Source: Acidimicrobiales bacterium (lineage in GTDB: Bacteria; Actinomycetota; Acidimicrobiia; Acidimicrobiales; JAHWLA01). From it: a stretch of DNA of 24,000 nucleotides. Both the position numbers and the translations under genes were made by a program. Under the pieces are notes generated by a model that was not told where the DNA came from, ran no database searches, and was given only the letters and a program-made list of their open reading frames with translations. Below are positions 8,154 through 16,392 of this stretch, in pieces; position 1 is the stretch's first letter, and each line of letters begins with the position of its first letter. The stretch lies in assembly GCA_036260075.1 (NCBI GenBank), contig DATAAM010000223.1:1489-25488 (forward strand), written 5' to 3'.

Positions 8154-8423
8154 GTGGCCGAGGCTACGACAGCGAAGGCACCGTCCCACGCGACCCGCAA
8201 GACGATCGTGCATGCGACCGACAGGGGACTGGAGCTCGAACAGGAAGTGGAGGCGTTCGCCGTCCACGCCAGTGAGGCGTTGGAGGCGTTCACCGAGGAC
8301 GTAGGACCGCTCAACCTCTCCGACAAGCGGTACGAGCTGGTCGCGGCTGCGTCCGGCCTGGCGGGCCTGTTCAACCTCGTGGAACGCATGAGGGAGACGC
8401 TGGACGGGGTGACGGCGGCATGA
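8154..8423 (+). CDS. Small hypothetical helical protein
   Basis: 89-aa ORF preceded by AAGGAGG-like SD (gcaaggaggaacc). Its stop overlaps the next start (ATGA). Confidence 0.6.
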   Translation: MAEATTAKAPSHATRKTIVHATDRGLELEQEVEAFAVHASEALEAFTEDVGPLNLSDKRYELVAAASGLAGLFNLVERMRETLDGVTAA

Positions 8424-8647
8424 CGAGGTATCCCGGCATCCACGTCTTCACCGCTCGCATGCCCGTCGGCGAGTACGAGGCACTGAAGGCATTCGCCTAC
8501 TTCACCCGACGTCCGATCAACGACGTCGTCCTGACGGCTGTTCGGTCCTACCTGCGGCAGCAGGTGGCCGAGGACCACCTGAACGAAATGGTGGAGCAAC
8601 TGCGAGCGACGCTCCACGAGACGTTCGAAGCCCTCGGAGAGCGGTGA
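8420..8647 (+). CDS. Small ribbon-helix-helix-like protein
   Basis: VFTARMPVGEYEALKAFAYFTRRPINDVVLTAVRSYLRQQ. Similar to the RHH protein at 20191-20421. Confidence 0.65.
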   Translation: MTRYPGIHVFTARMPVGEYEALKAFAYFTRRPINDVVLTAVRSYLRQQVAEDHLNEMVEQLRATLHETFEALGER

Positions 8648-8904
8648 TGGCACGCGCCGCATCGCCAAGGTTGCCGATCGACCCCCTGCTCCGGCTCTGC
8701 GACGGCAACGTCGGTCTTCTTGCAGAGGCGCTCCGGCGACCTCGTCGGGTCATCACGCGGTGGAAGACCCTCGGGTTGCCGCTCGTCCAAGCGGACAGAT
8801 GCGCCGTGGCGGTCGGGCACCACCCGGTCGATCTCTGGCCCGACTGGTACGAAGCGACCGAGGCTTGGGCCACACACCGGAGTCGACGGTGTCGGGCCGC
8901 GTAG
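8647..8904 (+). CDS. Small HTH-like protein
   Basis: LLRLCDGNVGLLAEALRRPRRVITRWKTLGLPLVQADRCAVAVGHHPVDLWPDWYEA. Start/stop overlap with the upstream ORF (GTGATG). Confidence 0.5.
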   Translation: MARAASPRLPIDPLLRLCDGNVGLLAEALRRPRRVITRWKTLGLPLVQADRCAVAVGHHPVDLWPDWYEATEAWATHRSRRCRAA

Positions 8905-9015
8905 TTCGGGGCGAGATCCCGAGGGCGTTCGCTCGACGAGCAGCGCGATCTGCTGGTCGGCCTCCGCGCCCTGCGGAACTACGGGCCTGAAGCCGCCGAG
9001 GCGGTCGAGGCTGTC

Positions 9016-9204
9016 ATGGAGCTGGGTCTGATCCGGCGCCTGCTGCTGTCCTGGGAGTTGGCCGTCGAGCTGGCCGAGGCCGAGGGCAGGGATGGGCGGC
9101 AGGCCATGGTCGACCTGCTCGGTGCCGATGATGCCGAACTCATCGAGGCAGCGCTGTTCGACCCGGTTCCCCGGCTCGTCTGTCTCGACGGCGGGGCCGG
9201 ATGA
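9016..9204 (+). CDS. Small hypothetical protein; 5' end uncertain
   Basis: ORF MELGLIRRLLLSWELAVELAEAEG.... Coding-like in-frame sequence (LDEQRDLLVGLRALRNYGPEAAEAVEAV) continues upstream to the stop at 8904 without an ATG/GTG/TTG. Confidence 0.35.
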   Translation: MELGLIRRLLLSWELAVELAEAEGRDGRQAMVDLLGADDAELIEAALFDPVPRLVCLDGGAG

Positions 9205-9209
9205 CCCGC

Positions 9210-9338
9210 TCAGGCGACTCTGTGCTCGGCGAGGAACCGCTTGGCGGCGACGCGCAGGATGCCGACGATCGTGCGGTCCTCCGCCTCGGCGACAGCCCGA
9301 AGCTGGTCGTGCAGGTCGGCAGGCAGCCGAATAGTCAT
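9210..9338 (-). CDS. Short ribbon-helix-helix (Arc/HicB-like) protein; GTG start further upstream possible
   Basis: MTIRLPADLHDQLRAVAEAEDRTIVGILRVAAKRFLAEHRVA. Confidence 0.6.
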   Translation of the reverse strand: MTIRLPADLHDQLRAVAEAEDRTIVGILRVAAKRFLAEHRVA

Positions 9339-9400
9339 GGCTCGATCGGCTTGGTTCTTCTTCACCAATCGCGACGGTATCGCCGAGGCCCTACGGCAAC

Positions 9401-9711
9401 GCGGATCCGCCACATGGCTCGTACCTGCCCGGCACCATGTGGTTGCCCGCGGTACCGCAGTCGTCTGCGAGGGTCGGAAAGCAGTAGGGGGCCGCCCGCT
9501 CCGGAGGTATCCGGAGAAAATGGCCAGGACCGGGATGGCGACGACGTCCCCGGGAGCTCGGGAGCCCCGCTCCTGCGCGACGGAACGTGTGAGTTGGTTT
9601 CGTCGCGCAGGAGGATCAGGTTGGCTTCGCAGATCGAGCAGTTGGTTCTCGAGGTGGAGAACCCGAGCCGATGCCCGCATCCATCCGCTGTCACATGCCG
9701 GGACCGGCATG
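9401..9711. other. Cluster of perfect palindromes and hairpins in an apparently non-coding stretch
   Basis: GCGGATCCGC 9401-9410; CCACATGG/CCATGTGG 9410-9417/9435-9442; GCGGTACCGC 9449-9458; CTCCGGA/TCCGGAG 9499-9505/9510-9516; 17-bp stem 9570-9586/9597-9613; GGTTCTC/GAGAACC 9644-9650/9657-9663; CATGCCGG-GA-CCGGCATG 9694-9711. Confidence 0.5.
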
Positions 9712-9818
9712 GCGTCCGACTGTGGAGTCGTGTCCTTGGAAGCGCGACAGGCGCGTTTGCTCGCGATCGCAGTTCTCCGCGTTGGGATGCGGGAGAGCCG
9801 TGGCGGGACCGAGACACT

Positions 9819-10723
9819 GTGACACGCCGGATCAGCCGGTTCGTGCCGAGCAGTGTGCCGCCCGACGTCTGGGAGCGAATCGCTCCGTCCGTCCGACGAG
9901 CGGCCGAACGAGCCGGCTCTACGCCCTACAGCGCCACCGCTCTGGCTTCGGTCACCGCCCAGCTCCTCCACTGGTGCGACCGGGAGGGGCTCCCGCTGCG
10001 CGATGAGGTCGTGCTGCACCCCGACACGGTCGACCGCTTCATTGCGGCTGGGTGCGGTCATCTCCGGCACGGGACTCGCCTCAACTATCAGAGCCAGCTT
10101 CGCCGAGTGGGCGAGCTTCTCGTCGGTCCTCCGCTCTATCCGACCCGCAGATATTCGACCGGCTCCTCCGACCCGATCGCTCCGTACACGGAGGAGGAGG
10201 TCGCCGCCCTCCTCGGGTGGGCACGCGGGCTGAGCACGGCCCGCATGCGGCAGAACTCGCTCGTCCTCCTCTCCTTCGGACTCGGTGTGGGCCTGACCAG
10301 CCGGGAACTGAATGCGCTCGTCGGCACCGACGTCGCCTCGGACGATGACGGAGTCCTGGTGCACGTCGTCACAGGGCGTCGCCGCCGTGTCGTTCGCGTG
10401 CTTCGCAGGTGGGAAGAGCATGTCCACACGCACGCCGAACGAGTCGGCGGGAAGGGGTATTCCTGCCGGGCCGTGATCGTGTCGGCCGCAAGGACATCAG
10501 CCGCTTCGTGGAGGGTTGTCCTCGGTCGGATGCCCCGAAGCTGAGCGTCCAGCGTCTTCGAGTCACTTGGATCGTCGGCCATCTGTTGGCGGGTACGCCG
10601 TTGCCGGTTCTCGAAGCCGCGGCCGGGGCCACGGCGTCGCAACTGGCCGCCTACGCGGCGTACATCCCCGAACCCGACGAGGCCACGGCGAACCACTGGT
10701 TGCGGGAGGCGACCTCGCCGTGA
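9819..10723 (+). pseudogene. Tyrosine-recombinase-fold (integrase-like) protein split by a -1 frame change; degenerate or possibly programmed
   Basis: The N-terminal part reads in one frame (VTRRISRFVPSSVPPDVWERIAP...LVLLSFGLGVGLTSRELNALVGTDV...). The C-terminal part reads in the -1 frame (VFLPGRDRVGRKDISRFVEG...LSVQRLRVTWIVGHLLAGTPLPVLEAAAGATASQLAAYAAYI). The transition is near 10440-10465. Confidence 0.6.
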
Positions 10724-12480
10724 CCTTGCCCACCCTCGCGCCCATGGCAATGCCCTCGTACGAGGACTTGCCTCGGCGCGGCGGGTGGACATTCGACGAC
10801 GACACCGTCCGTTGGGCGATGCGAGTGATCGACCGTTCTGGCTTGGTCGAGCAGTTGGACACATGGGCGGCTGACGCACGCCGGGGACCGGGAGGCCGAC
10901 CTGAGACGTTTCCACGGCGGGCCTTGCTCGTTGCCATAGCACTGGCCGCTCGGGAAGGACTGGCGATGCAGGCATTGGTGTTCTGCAACGTCCTCTTCCG
11001 TCACATCGGGCCGACCATGCGCGCCGAGTTGCGGGTTCCCAATCCGCCGTCGGAATCCGATGGGCATGGCTGGAAGGCCGTGTATCGCAACGTCAGGACG
11101 CGCCTTCATGGGATCCTCGAACTGGTCGACCCTTCGCCGTACCCCAAGAACCGCCGACTGGACGCAGCGGCGTTCGCAGAGCGCACGAAGGATCTTTCGG
11201 CCGACGAGATCGCGGAGCGCATCGAGAAGCTCACGTGGCTGGCGAACCGGATCATCGAGGCAAGCCTGCGAGAGTGCCCGGCGGAGATCCTCGACAACTG
11301 GGACGGCTCGATCGGACTGGATGCCACCCCGATCCGACTGTACGCCCGTCCTGAGAGGAGAGCCCGCGGTCGGCGAGGCAAGCAGCTGGTGGAGGTTCAT
11401 TCGTCCGATCCCGATGGGGCCTGGTACATGCGCGAGCACGATCACCGGGATCCCGATACGCAGCCCGACACGGGAGCGAAGAAGGGGAAGCAGGTCGCCA
11501 AGGCGTTCTGGGCGCAGGAGGCCACGATCGCCACGGCCAGTTCGAGCGATCCGCGAGCCAAGAGGAGCTTCCCCAAGCTGGCTGTCGGCATGGCTTCGCT
11601 TCACAAGCCGGGCCACCATCCCGACGAACACGGCATCCGTGCCTTGGCGAGCATCAAACAGCGCGGCCACCCCAGCGGCCTCCTTGCCGCCGATCGGGCC
11701 TACACCAACTCGAAGCCCGAGAACTTCCAACTGCCGGCTCGGGCCATGGGATACCGCCTGGTCCTCGACTACCGCGAGGATCAGCTCGGCATCCAGGGCT
11801 CGCATGCCGGAGCGCTCCAGATCGAAGGCGGATGGTCCTGTCCGTGCTTGCCGGAAGCGCTGGTGGATGCAACGGCCGACTTCCGTGCTGGTGGCATCAC
11901 CGAAGACGTGTGGCGTCAACGGCTCAGGGCACGGACGGCGTACCGGCTCCGGGAGAAGGAGCGACCCGACGCTGAAGGTCACGTTCGCCTCCAGTGTCCT
12001 GCCGCGGGACCGGCACCTACCTGCCGCTGCCCGTTGAAGCCCGCGTCCGTCTCCGATGCCACGGCCGGCAAGCCCCTCGTCCTCGTCACCGACGACGTGG
12101 CCCAGAACCCGCCTGCCATCTGTCGGCAGCAATCGGTGACCTTCCCCCCGGACGCCGGTGCCAAGTACCTCCAAGCGCTGGAATACGAGTCGCCCGACTG
12201 GCGCCGGGCCTACCCGACCCTGAGGAACTCCATCGAGGGCACGAGCGGCACGGCCAAGGACGGGGCCTACGAAGCTCTCGGCATCGCCGACAGGCGACGG
12301 ATCCGTGGCCAAGCGGCCCAAACCCTGTTCGTCGCCTTCCTGTTGTTCGGGACGAACCTGCGCATGATCGACAGCTTTCGGGCCCAGGCAAAGGCGGAGG
12401 AGGACGGCGTCATGCGCTTGCCCCGAAAGCGGCGACGGAAGACCCGGCCTCTGTCCGACCACCTGCCGACGACGATCTGA
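10720..12480 (+). mobile_element. Large DDE transposase-like protein (IS4/IS1182-like RNase H fold)
   Basis: NWDGSIGLDATPIRLYAR (D1), GLLAADRAYTNSKPENFQLPARAMGYRLVLDY (D2), YPTLRNSIEGTSGTAKDGAYEALGIADRRRIRGQAAQTLFVAFLLFGTNLRMI (E). The GTG at 10720 overlaps the upstream stop (GTGA). Confidence 0.75.
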
Positions 12481-12644
12481 GCCTCACGAGCCGAGGTACC
12501 GGCCTTCAGAGGCGTCCTGTCGAGCAGGTCAGAACGGCCTTGAAGGTGCCTCTGGGCATCCTCCGACCAGATCAGGGGCCTGCTGGCCACCGATTCTCCG
12601 GGTTTTGTCGGCGGGAGCCGCCCGGTTGTGTCGGTAGCCCGCGG

Positions 12645-12728
<84 letters not shown>

Positions 12729-12817
12729 GTGGAGCAAGAGAGAGTAGCCGAACTGCGGCCTCCGCCCGTCCGTCGAACCGGGGCGGGCCGGACCCGTGGG
12801 TAAGGTACGGCCCGACC

Positions 12818-13474
12818 ATGGGACTCCAGCAGTTCGAGCGGCGCCTCGAACGCCTCGTCGAGGGCGTCTTCGCCAAGGCCTTTCGCAGCGGGCTCCAGCC
12901 CGTGGAGGTGGGTCGCCGTCTGACTCGGGAGATGGACCTGCACCGCACGGTCGGCGTGCGCGGCGTGCTCGTGCCCAACTGGTTCGAGATCGCGCTCGCC
13001 CCCGCCGACCACGAGCGGTTCGCCCCCTTCGAGGAGAGCCTGCTGCGCGACCTGGCCGACATGGCCCGCCAGCACGCCCGCGACGAGGGCTACTCGTTCG
13101 TCGGGCCCGTCGAGATCGCGCTCGAGCCGGATCCCTCGCTCACGCCCGGCATGTTCCTCGTCTCCTCCGAGGTGCGGGAGGGGGCGGGCGGCGGCGAGCC
13201 CGGGTCCCTCGTGCTGCCCGACGGCACCCGCGTGGAGGTCACCGGCGACCCCGTCACCATCGGCCGCCTGCCCGACTGCGACATCGTGCTCGACGACCGC
13301 AACGTGAGCCGTCGCCACGCCGAGGTGCGCCGCACGCCCAACGGCTTCACCGTGGTCGACCTCGACTCCACCAACGGCACGCGGGTCAACGGAGCGGGCG
13401 TCAAGGAGCGCCGCCTGGCCGACGGCGACAGCATCACGGTCGGGACCACCACCATTCGGTTCGAAGCCTCCTAG
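12818..13474 (+). CDS. fhaA: FhaA-type protein (DUF3662 plus FHA domain)
   Basis: MGLQQFERRLERLVEGVFAKAFRSGLQPVEVGRRLTREMD... then FHA VTIGRLPDCDIVLDDRNVSRRHAEVRRTPNGFTVVDLDSTNGTRVNG. Confidence 0.9.
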   Translation: MGLQQFERRLERLVEGVFAKAFRSGLQPVEVGRRLTREMDLHRTVGVRGVLVPNWFEIALAPADHERFAPFEESLLRDLADMARQHARDEGYSFVGPVEIALEPDPSLTPGMFLVSSEVREGAGGGEPGSLVLPDGTRVEVTGDPVTIGRLPDCDIVLDDRNVSRRHAEVRRTPNGFTVVDLDSTNGTRVNGAGVKERRLADGDSITVGTTTIRFEAS

Positions 13475-13484
13475 AGGGAGCGCG

Positions 13485-13922
13485 ATGCCCGAGTCGCTGC
13501 TCACGATCCTGAAGTTCCTCTTCCTGGCCCTGGTGTGGCTGTTCTTCGCCCGCGTGCTGCGGGCGGTGTGGGCCGAGCTCTCGCCCGCCGCCGAGCCCGC
13601 CCCCGCCGTCGGCGGCGGCCGTGGCGGAGTGGCCCGCCTGAAGGTGGTCGAGCCCGCCGACAAGCGGGGCCTCGCCTTCGACGTGGGCGACGAGCTCACG
13701 GTGGGCCGGGCGGGTGGCTGCCAGATCGCGCTGGAGGACGACAAGACCGTCTCCCAGCTCCACGCCCGCGTCTTCAGGGGGGCGGAGGGGCGCGTCTACG
13801 TCGAGGATCTCGGGTCGACCAACGGCACCTACCTCAACGCCAAGAAGCTCACCGGTCCCGCCGCCCTCCACCGAGGCGACCGCCTCCAGGTCGGCCGCAC
13901 GGTGCTGGAGGCCACCAAGTGA
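13485..13922 (+). CDS. fhaB: FHA-domain protein FhaB/FipA-like
   Basis: N-terminal TM helix (LLTILKFLFLALVWLFFARVL), FHA LTVGRAGGCQIALEDDKTVSQLHARVF...DLGSTNGTYLNAKKL, and cluster position. Confidence 0.9.
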   Translation: MPESLLTILKFLFLALVWLFFARVLRAVWAELSPAAEPAPAVGGGRGGVARLKVVEPADKRGLAFDVGDELTVGRAGGCQIALEDDKTVSQLHARVFRGAEGRVYVEDLGSTNGTYLNAKKLTGPAALHRGDRLQVGRTVLEATK

Positions 13923-15094
13923 CCCGCCTGCGCGCCGGCGCCGCCACCGACGTGGGGCGCGTGCGGAAGAACAACGAGGACAGCCTGCTCGTCTCCTCGC
14001 CGCTGTTCGCCGTCGCCGACGGCATGGGCGGCCATGCCGCGGGCGAGGTGGCCTCGAACATCGCGGTCGAGACGTTGGCCCAGCGCTTCGAGGCCGACCA
14101 CAGCGCCAATGGCCTGGCCGAGGCCGTGCGCGCCGCCAACCGTGCGGTGTGGGAGCGGGCACAGGCCGACCACGGCCTTCGCGGCATGGGCACCACGATC
14201 ACGGCCGTGGCGCTGGTGGAGGACGGCGACGACGAGGTGCTGGCCGTCGTCAACGTGGGCGACTCCCGCGCCTACCGCCTCCAGAACGGCGAGCTCGAAC
14301 AGCTCACCGAAGACCACAGCCTCGTCGAGGAGCTGCGCCGCAGCGGCCGCATCACCGACGACGAGGCCCGGTCCCACCCGCAGAAGCACGTCGTGACTCG
14401 CGCGCTCGGCATCGAGCCCGACGTCGACGTCGACTGCTTCCGAGTCCTGCCCTACAAGGGCGACCGCTTCCTCCTGGCCAGCGACGGCCTGTTCGACGAG
14501 GTGGACGACCCCGCCATCGCGTCCACCCTGCGGCGCGTGGCCGATCCCGACGAAGCGGCCCGCACGCTCGTCGACATGGCCAAGTCGGCCGGGGGCTCCG
14601 ACAACATCACCGTGGTGGTCGTCGACGTCACCGACGACGGCGACCGCGCCGCCAAGGCCTCGGCAGCCATCGAGGACGAGGACACACCGGCCGTCGTGCG
14701 GGCGTTGGCCCAGCGGGCCCGCGCCGTGAAGCGGCCCAGGCGGCTCACGCTCCGCGTGGCGCTCTTCGTCAGCGTCGTCCTGCTCGTGCTCCTCGGCGCC
14801 GTGGCCGCCGTGGGCGTGTTCGCCCGAGGCGCCTACTTCGTCGGCCTCGACGGCGACGAGGTGGTGATCTTCCGCGGTCGCCCCGGCGGGCTGCTGTGGT
14901 TCGACCCCACCGTGGAGGTGCGCACCGGCATCCCGGTCGAAGACGTGCCCGCCGCCCGCGTCGACGCCGTCCGGGCGGGCAAGGAGGAGCCCAGCCTGGG
15001 CGCCGCCCGGCGCTACGTCGAGAACCTGCAGGAACAGGCCCCCACGGCCACGACGACGACGTCGTCCACCGCACCCCCCACGTCGGCACCGTGA
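13919..15094 (+). CDS. pstP: PP2C-family Ser/Thr protein phosphatase PstP
   Basis: AATDVGRVRKNNEDSLLVS...FAVADGMGGHAAGEVAS...SDNITVVVVDV. The GTG start at 13919 overlaps the fhaB stop. Confidence 0.92.
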   Translation: MTRLRAGAATDVGRVRKNNEDSLLVSSPLFAVADGMGGHAAGEVASNIAVETLAQRFEADHSANGLAEAVRAANRAVWERAQADHGLRGMGTTITAVALVEDGDDEVLAVVNVGDSRAYRLQNGELEQLTEDHSLVEELRRSGRITDDEARSHPQKHVVTRALGIEPDVDVDCFRVLPYKGDRFLLASDGLFDEVDDPAIASTLRRVADPDEAARTLVDMAKSAGGSDNITVVVVDVTDDGDRAAKASAAIEDEDTPAVVRALAQRARAVKRPRRLTLRVALFVSVVLLVLLGAVAAVGVFARGAYFVGLDGDEVVIFRGRPGGLLWFDPTVEVRTGIPVEDVPAARVDAVRAGKEEPSLGAARRYVENLQEQAPTATTTTSSTAPPTSAP

Positions 15095-16392
15095 GGCGCG
15101 CCGCCCGTCGCGACACCGAGCTGGGGCTGCTCGTGATGGTCGCGCTCGTGACGGTGGGCGCCTACGCCCTGGCCAGCCTGGGCAAGAGCGCCTCCCTCCC
15201 GGTCGACATCGGTCCGTTCCTCGCCGTCATCCTCGGCCTCCTCCTGGCCGCCCACGTGGCCGTGCGCAGGCTGGCGCCGGGCGCCGACGCCGTGCTTCTG
15301 CCGCTGGCCGGGCTCCTCAACGGCATCGGCTATGTGTTCATCGCCCGCCTCGACAACGACCTCGCAGGCCTCCAGGCCACGTGGACCGCCCTGTCGGTGG
15401 TCGCGTTCGTCGGCACCCTGGTCGTGGTCCGGCGCGTGCGCGACCTGGAGCCGTACCGCTACACGTTCATGCTCCTGGGCATCGGCCTGCTGCTGCTCCC
15501 GCTGGCGCCCGGCATCGGCCGCGTCATCAACGGGGCCCGCCTGTGGGTGAGCCTCGGTCCGATCACCTTCCAGCCCGGCGAGCTCGCCAAGGTGGCGCTC
15601 GCCGTCTTCTTCGCCGCCTACCTGGTGGAGAAGCGGGAGCTGCTGGCCGAGCTGCGCCTGACCCGAGGCCGCCTCCCCAGCGTGCGCATCATCGGCCCGC
15701 TGCTCCTGGCGTGGGGCTTCTCGCTGCTCGTCATGACTGCCGAGCGCGACCTCGGCTCGTCGCTCCTCTTCTTCGCCCTGTTCATCGGGATGGTGTGGAT
15801 CGCCACCGCCCGGGGCGAGTACCTGGCGCTCGGCGTGGTGCTCTTCGGGCTCGGGGCCACGTTCGCCTACACATCCTTCGGCCACGTGGCTGCCCGCGTG
15901 CAGGTGTGGATCGACCCGTGGTCCCGGGCCGCGGGCGCGGGCTACCAGCTCACGCAGAGCCTGTTCGCGCTCGGCACCGGCGGCTTCGGCGGCACCGGCA
16001 TCGGCCTCGGCAGCCCGGGCCGCATCCCCGCCGCCACCACCGACTTCATCTTCGCCGCGGTCGGAGAAGAGCTCGGCTTCCTCGGCACCGCCGCGATGAT
16101 CACCGCCTACCTGTTGATGGTGGGCGTGGGGCTGCGCATCGCCGTCCGCTCCGACCAGCCGTTCGAGAAGCTGCTCGCGGCCGGGCTCACCACCATCCTC
16201 GGCGTGCAGACGTTCATCATCGTGGGCGGCGTCACCCGCCTGGTCCCGCTGACCGGCATCACGCTGCCGTTCGTGTCCTACGGCGGCTCGTCGCTGGTGG
16301 CCAACTACGTGCTGCTGGCGCTGTTGCTGCGCATCTCCGACGACACCGCCCGCCGGGCCGTCAACCGGGCCACGGCCGAGGCGACGGCCTGA
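15091..16392 (+). CDS. rodA: SEDS-family FtsW/RodA peptidoglycan polymerase
   Basis: Polytopic protein with ERDLGSSLLFFALFIGMVWIATARGEYL, YQLTQSLFALGTGGFGGTGIGLG and LPFVSYGGSSLVANYVLLALLLRIS. Confidence 0.9.
   Translation: MRRAARRDTELGLLVMVALVTVGAYALASLGKSASLPVDIGPFLAVILGLLLAAHVAVRRLAPGADAVLLPLAGLLNGIGYVFIARLDNDLAGLQATWTALSVVAFVGTLVVVRRVRDLEPYRYTFMLLGIGLLLLPLAPGIGRVINGARLWVSLGPITFQPGELAKVALAVFFAAYLVEKRELLAELRLTRGRLPSVRIIGPLLLAWGFSLLVMTAERDLGSSLLFFALFIGMVWIATARGEYLALGVVLFGLGATFAYTSFGHVAARVQVWIDPWSRAAGAGYQLTQSLFALGTGGFGGTGIGLGSPGRIPAATTDFIFAAVGEELGFLGTAAMITAYLLMVGVGLRIAVRSDQPFEKLLAAGLTTILGVQTFIIVGGVTRLVPLTGITLPFVSYGGSSLVANYVLLALLLRISDDTARRAVNRATAEATA

Noticed and set aside
9201-9818. 5' half of the 447-aa ORF 9201-10544
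   Set aside because: Although ATG 9201 overlaps the previous stop, the translation up to about 9818 is Arg/Pro/Ser-rich without fold-like pattern. Recognisable recombinase-like sequence starts only near GTG 9819. It also opposes the RHH ORF.
5428-9818. Retron hypothesis (PRTase plus wHTH effector genes together with a structured RNA)
   Set aside because: No reverse transcriptase motifs ([YF].DD, NAxxH) in any listed ORF; the hairpin region is separated from the PRTase operon by about 2 kb.
9339-10433. Upstream extension of the minus-strand 407-aa ORF 9210-10433
   Set aside because: Only the last roughly 42-50 residues look like a protein (RHH). The rest is antisense to the recombinase-like gene and non-coding sequence.
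10651-12462. 603-aa minus-strand ORF antisense to the transposase
   Set aside because: Spurious antisense frame; the plus-strand product has clear DDE motifs.
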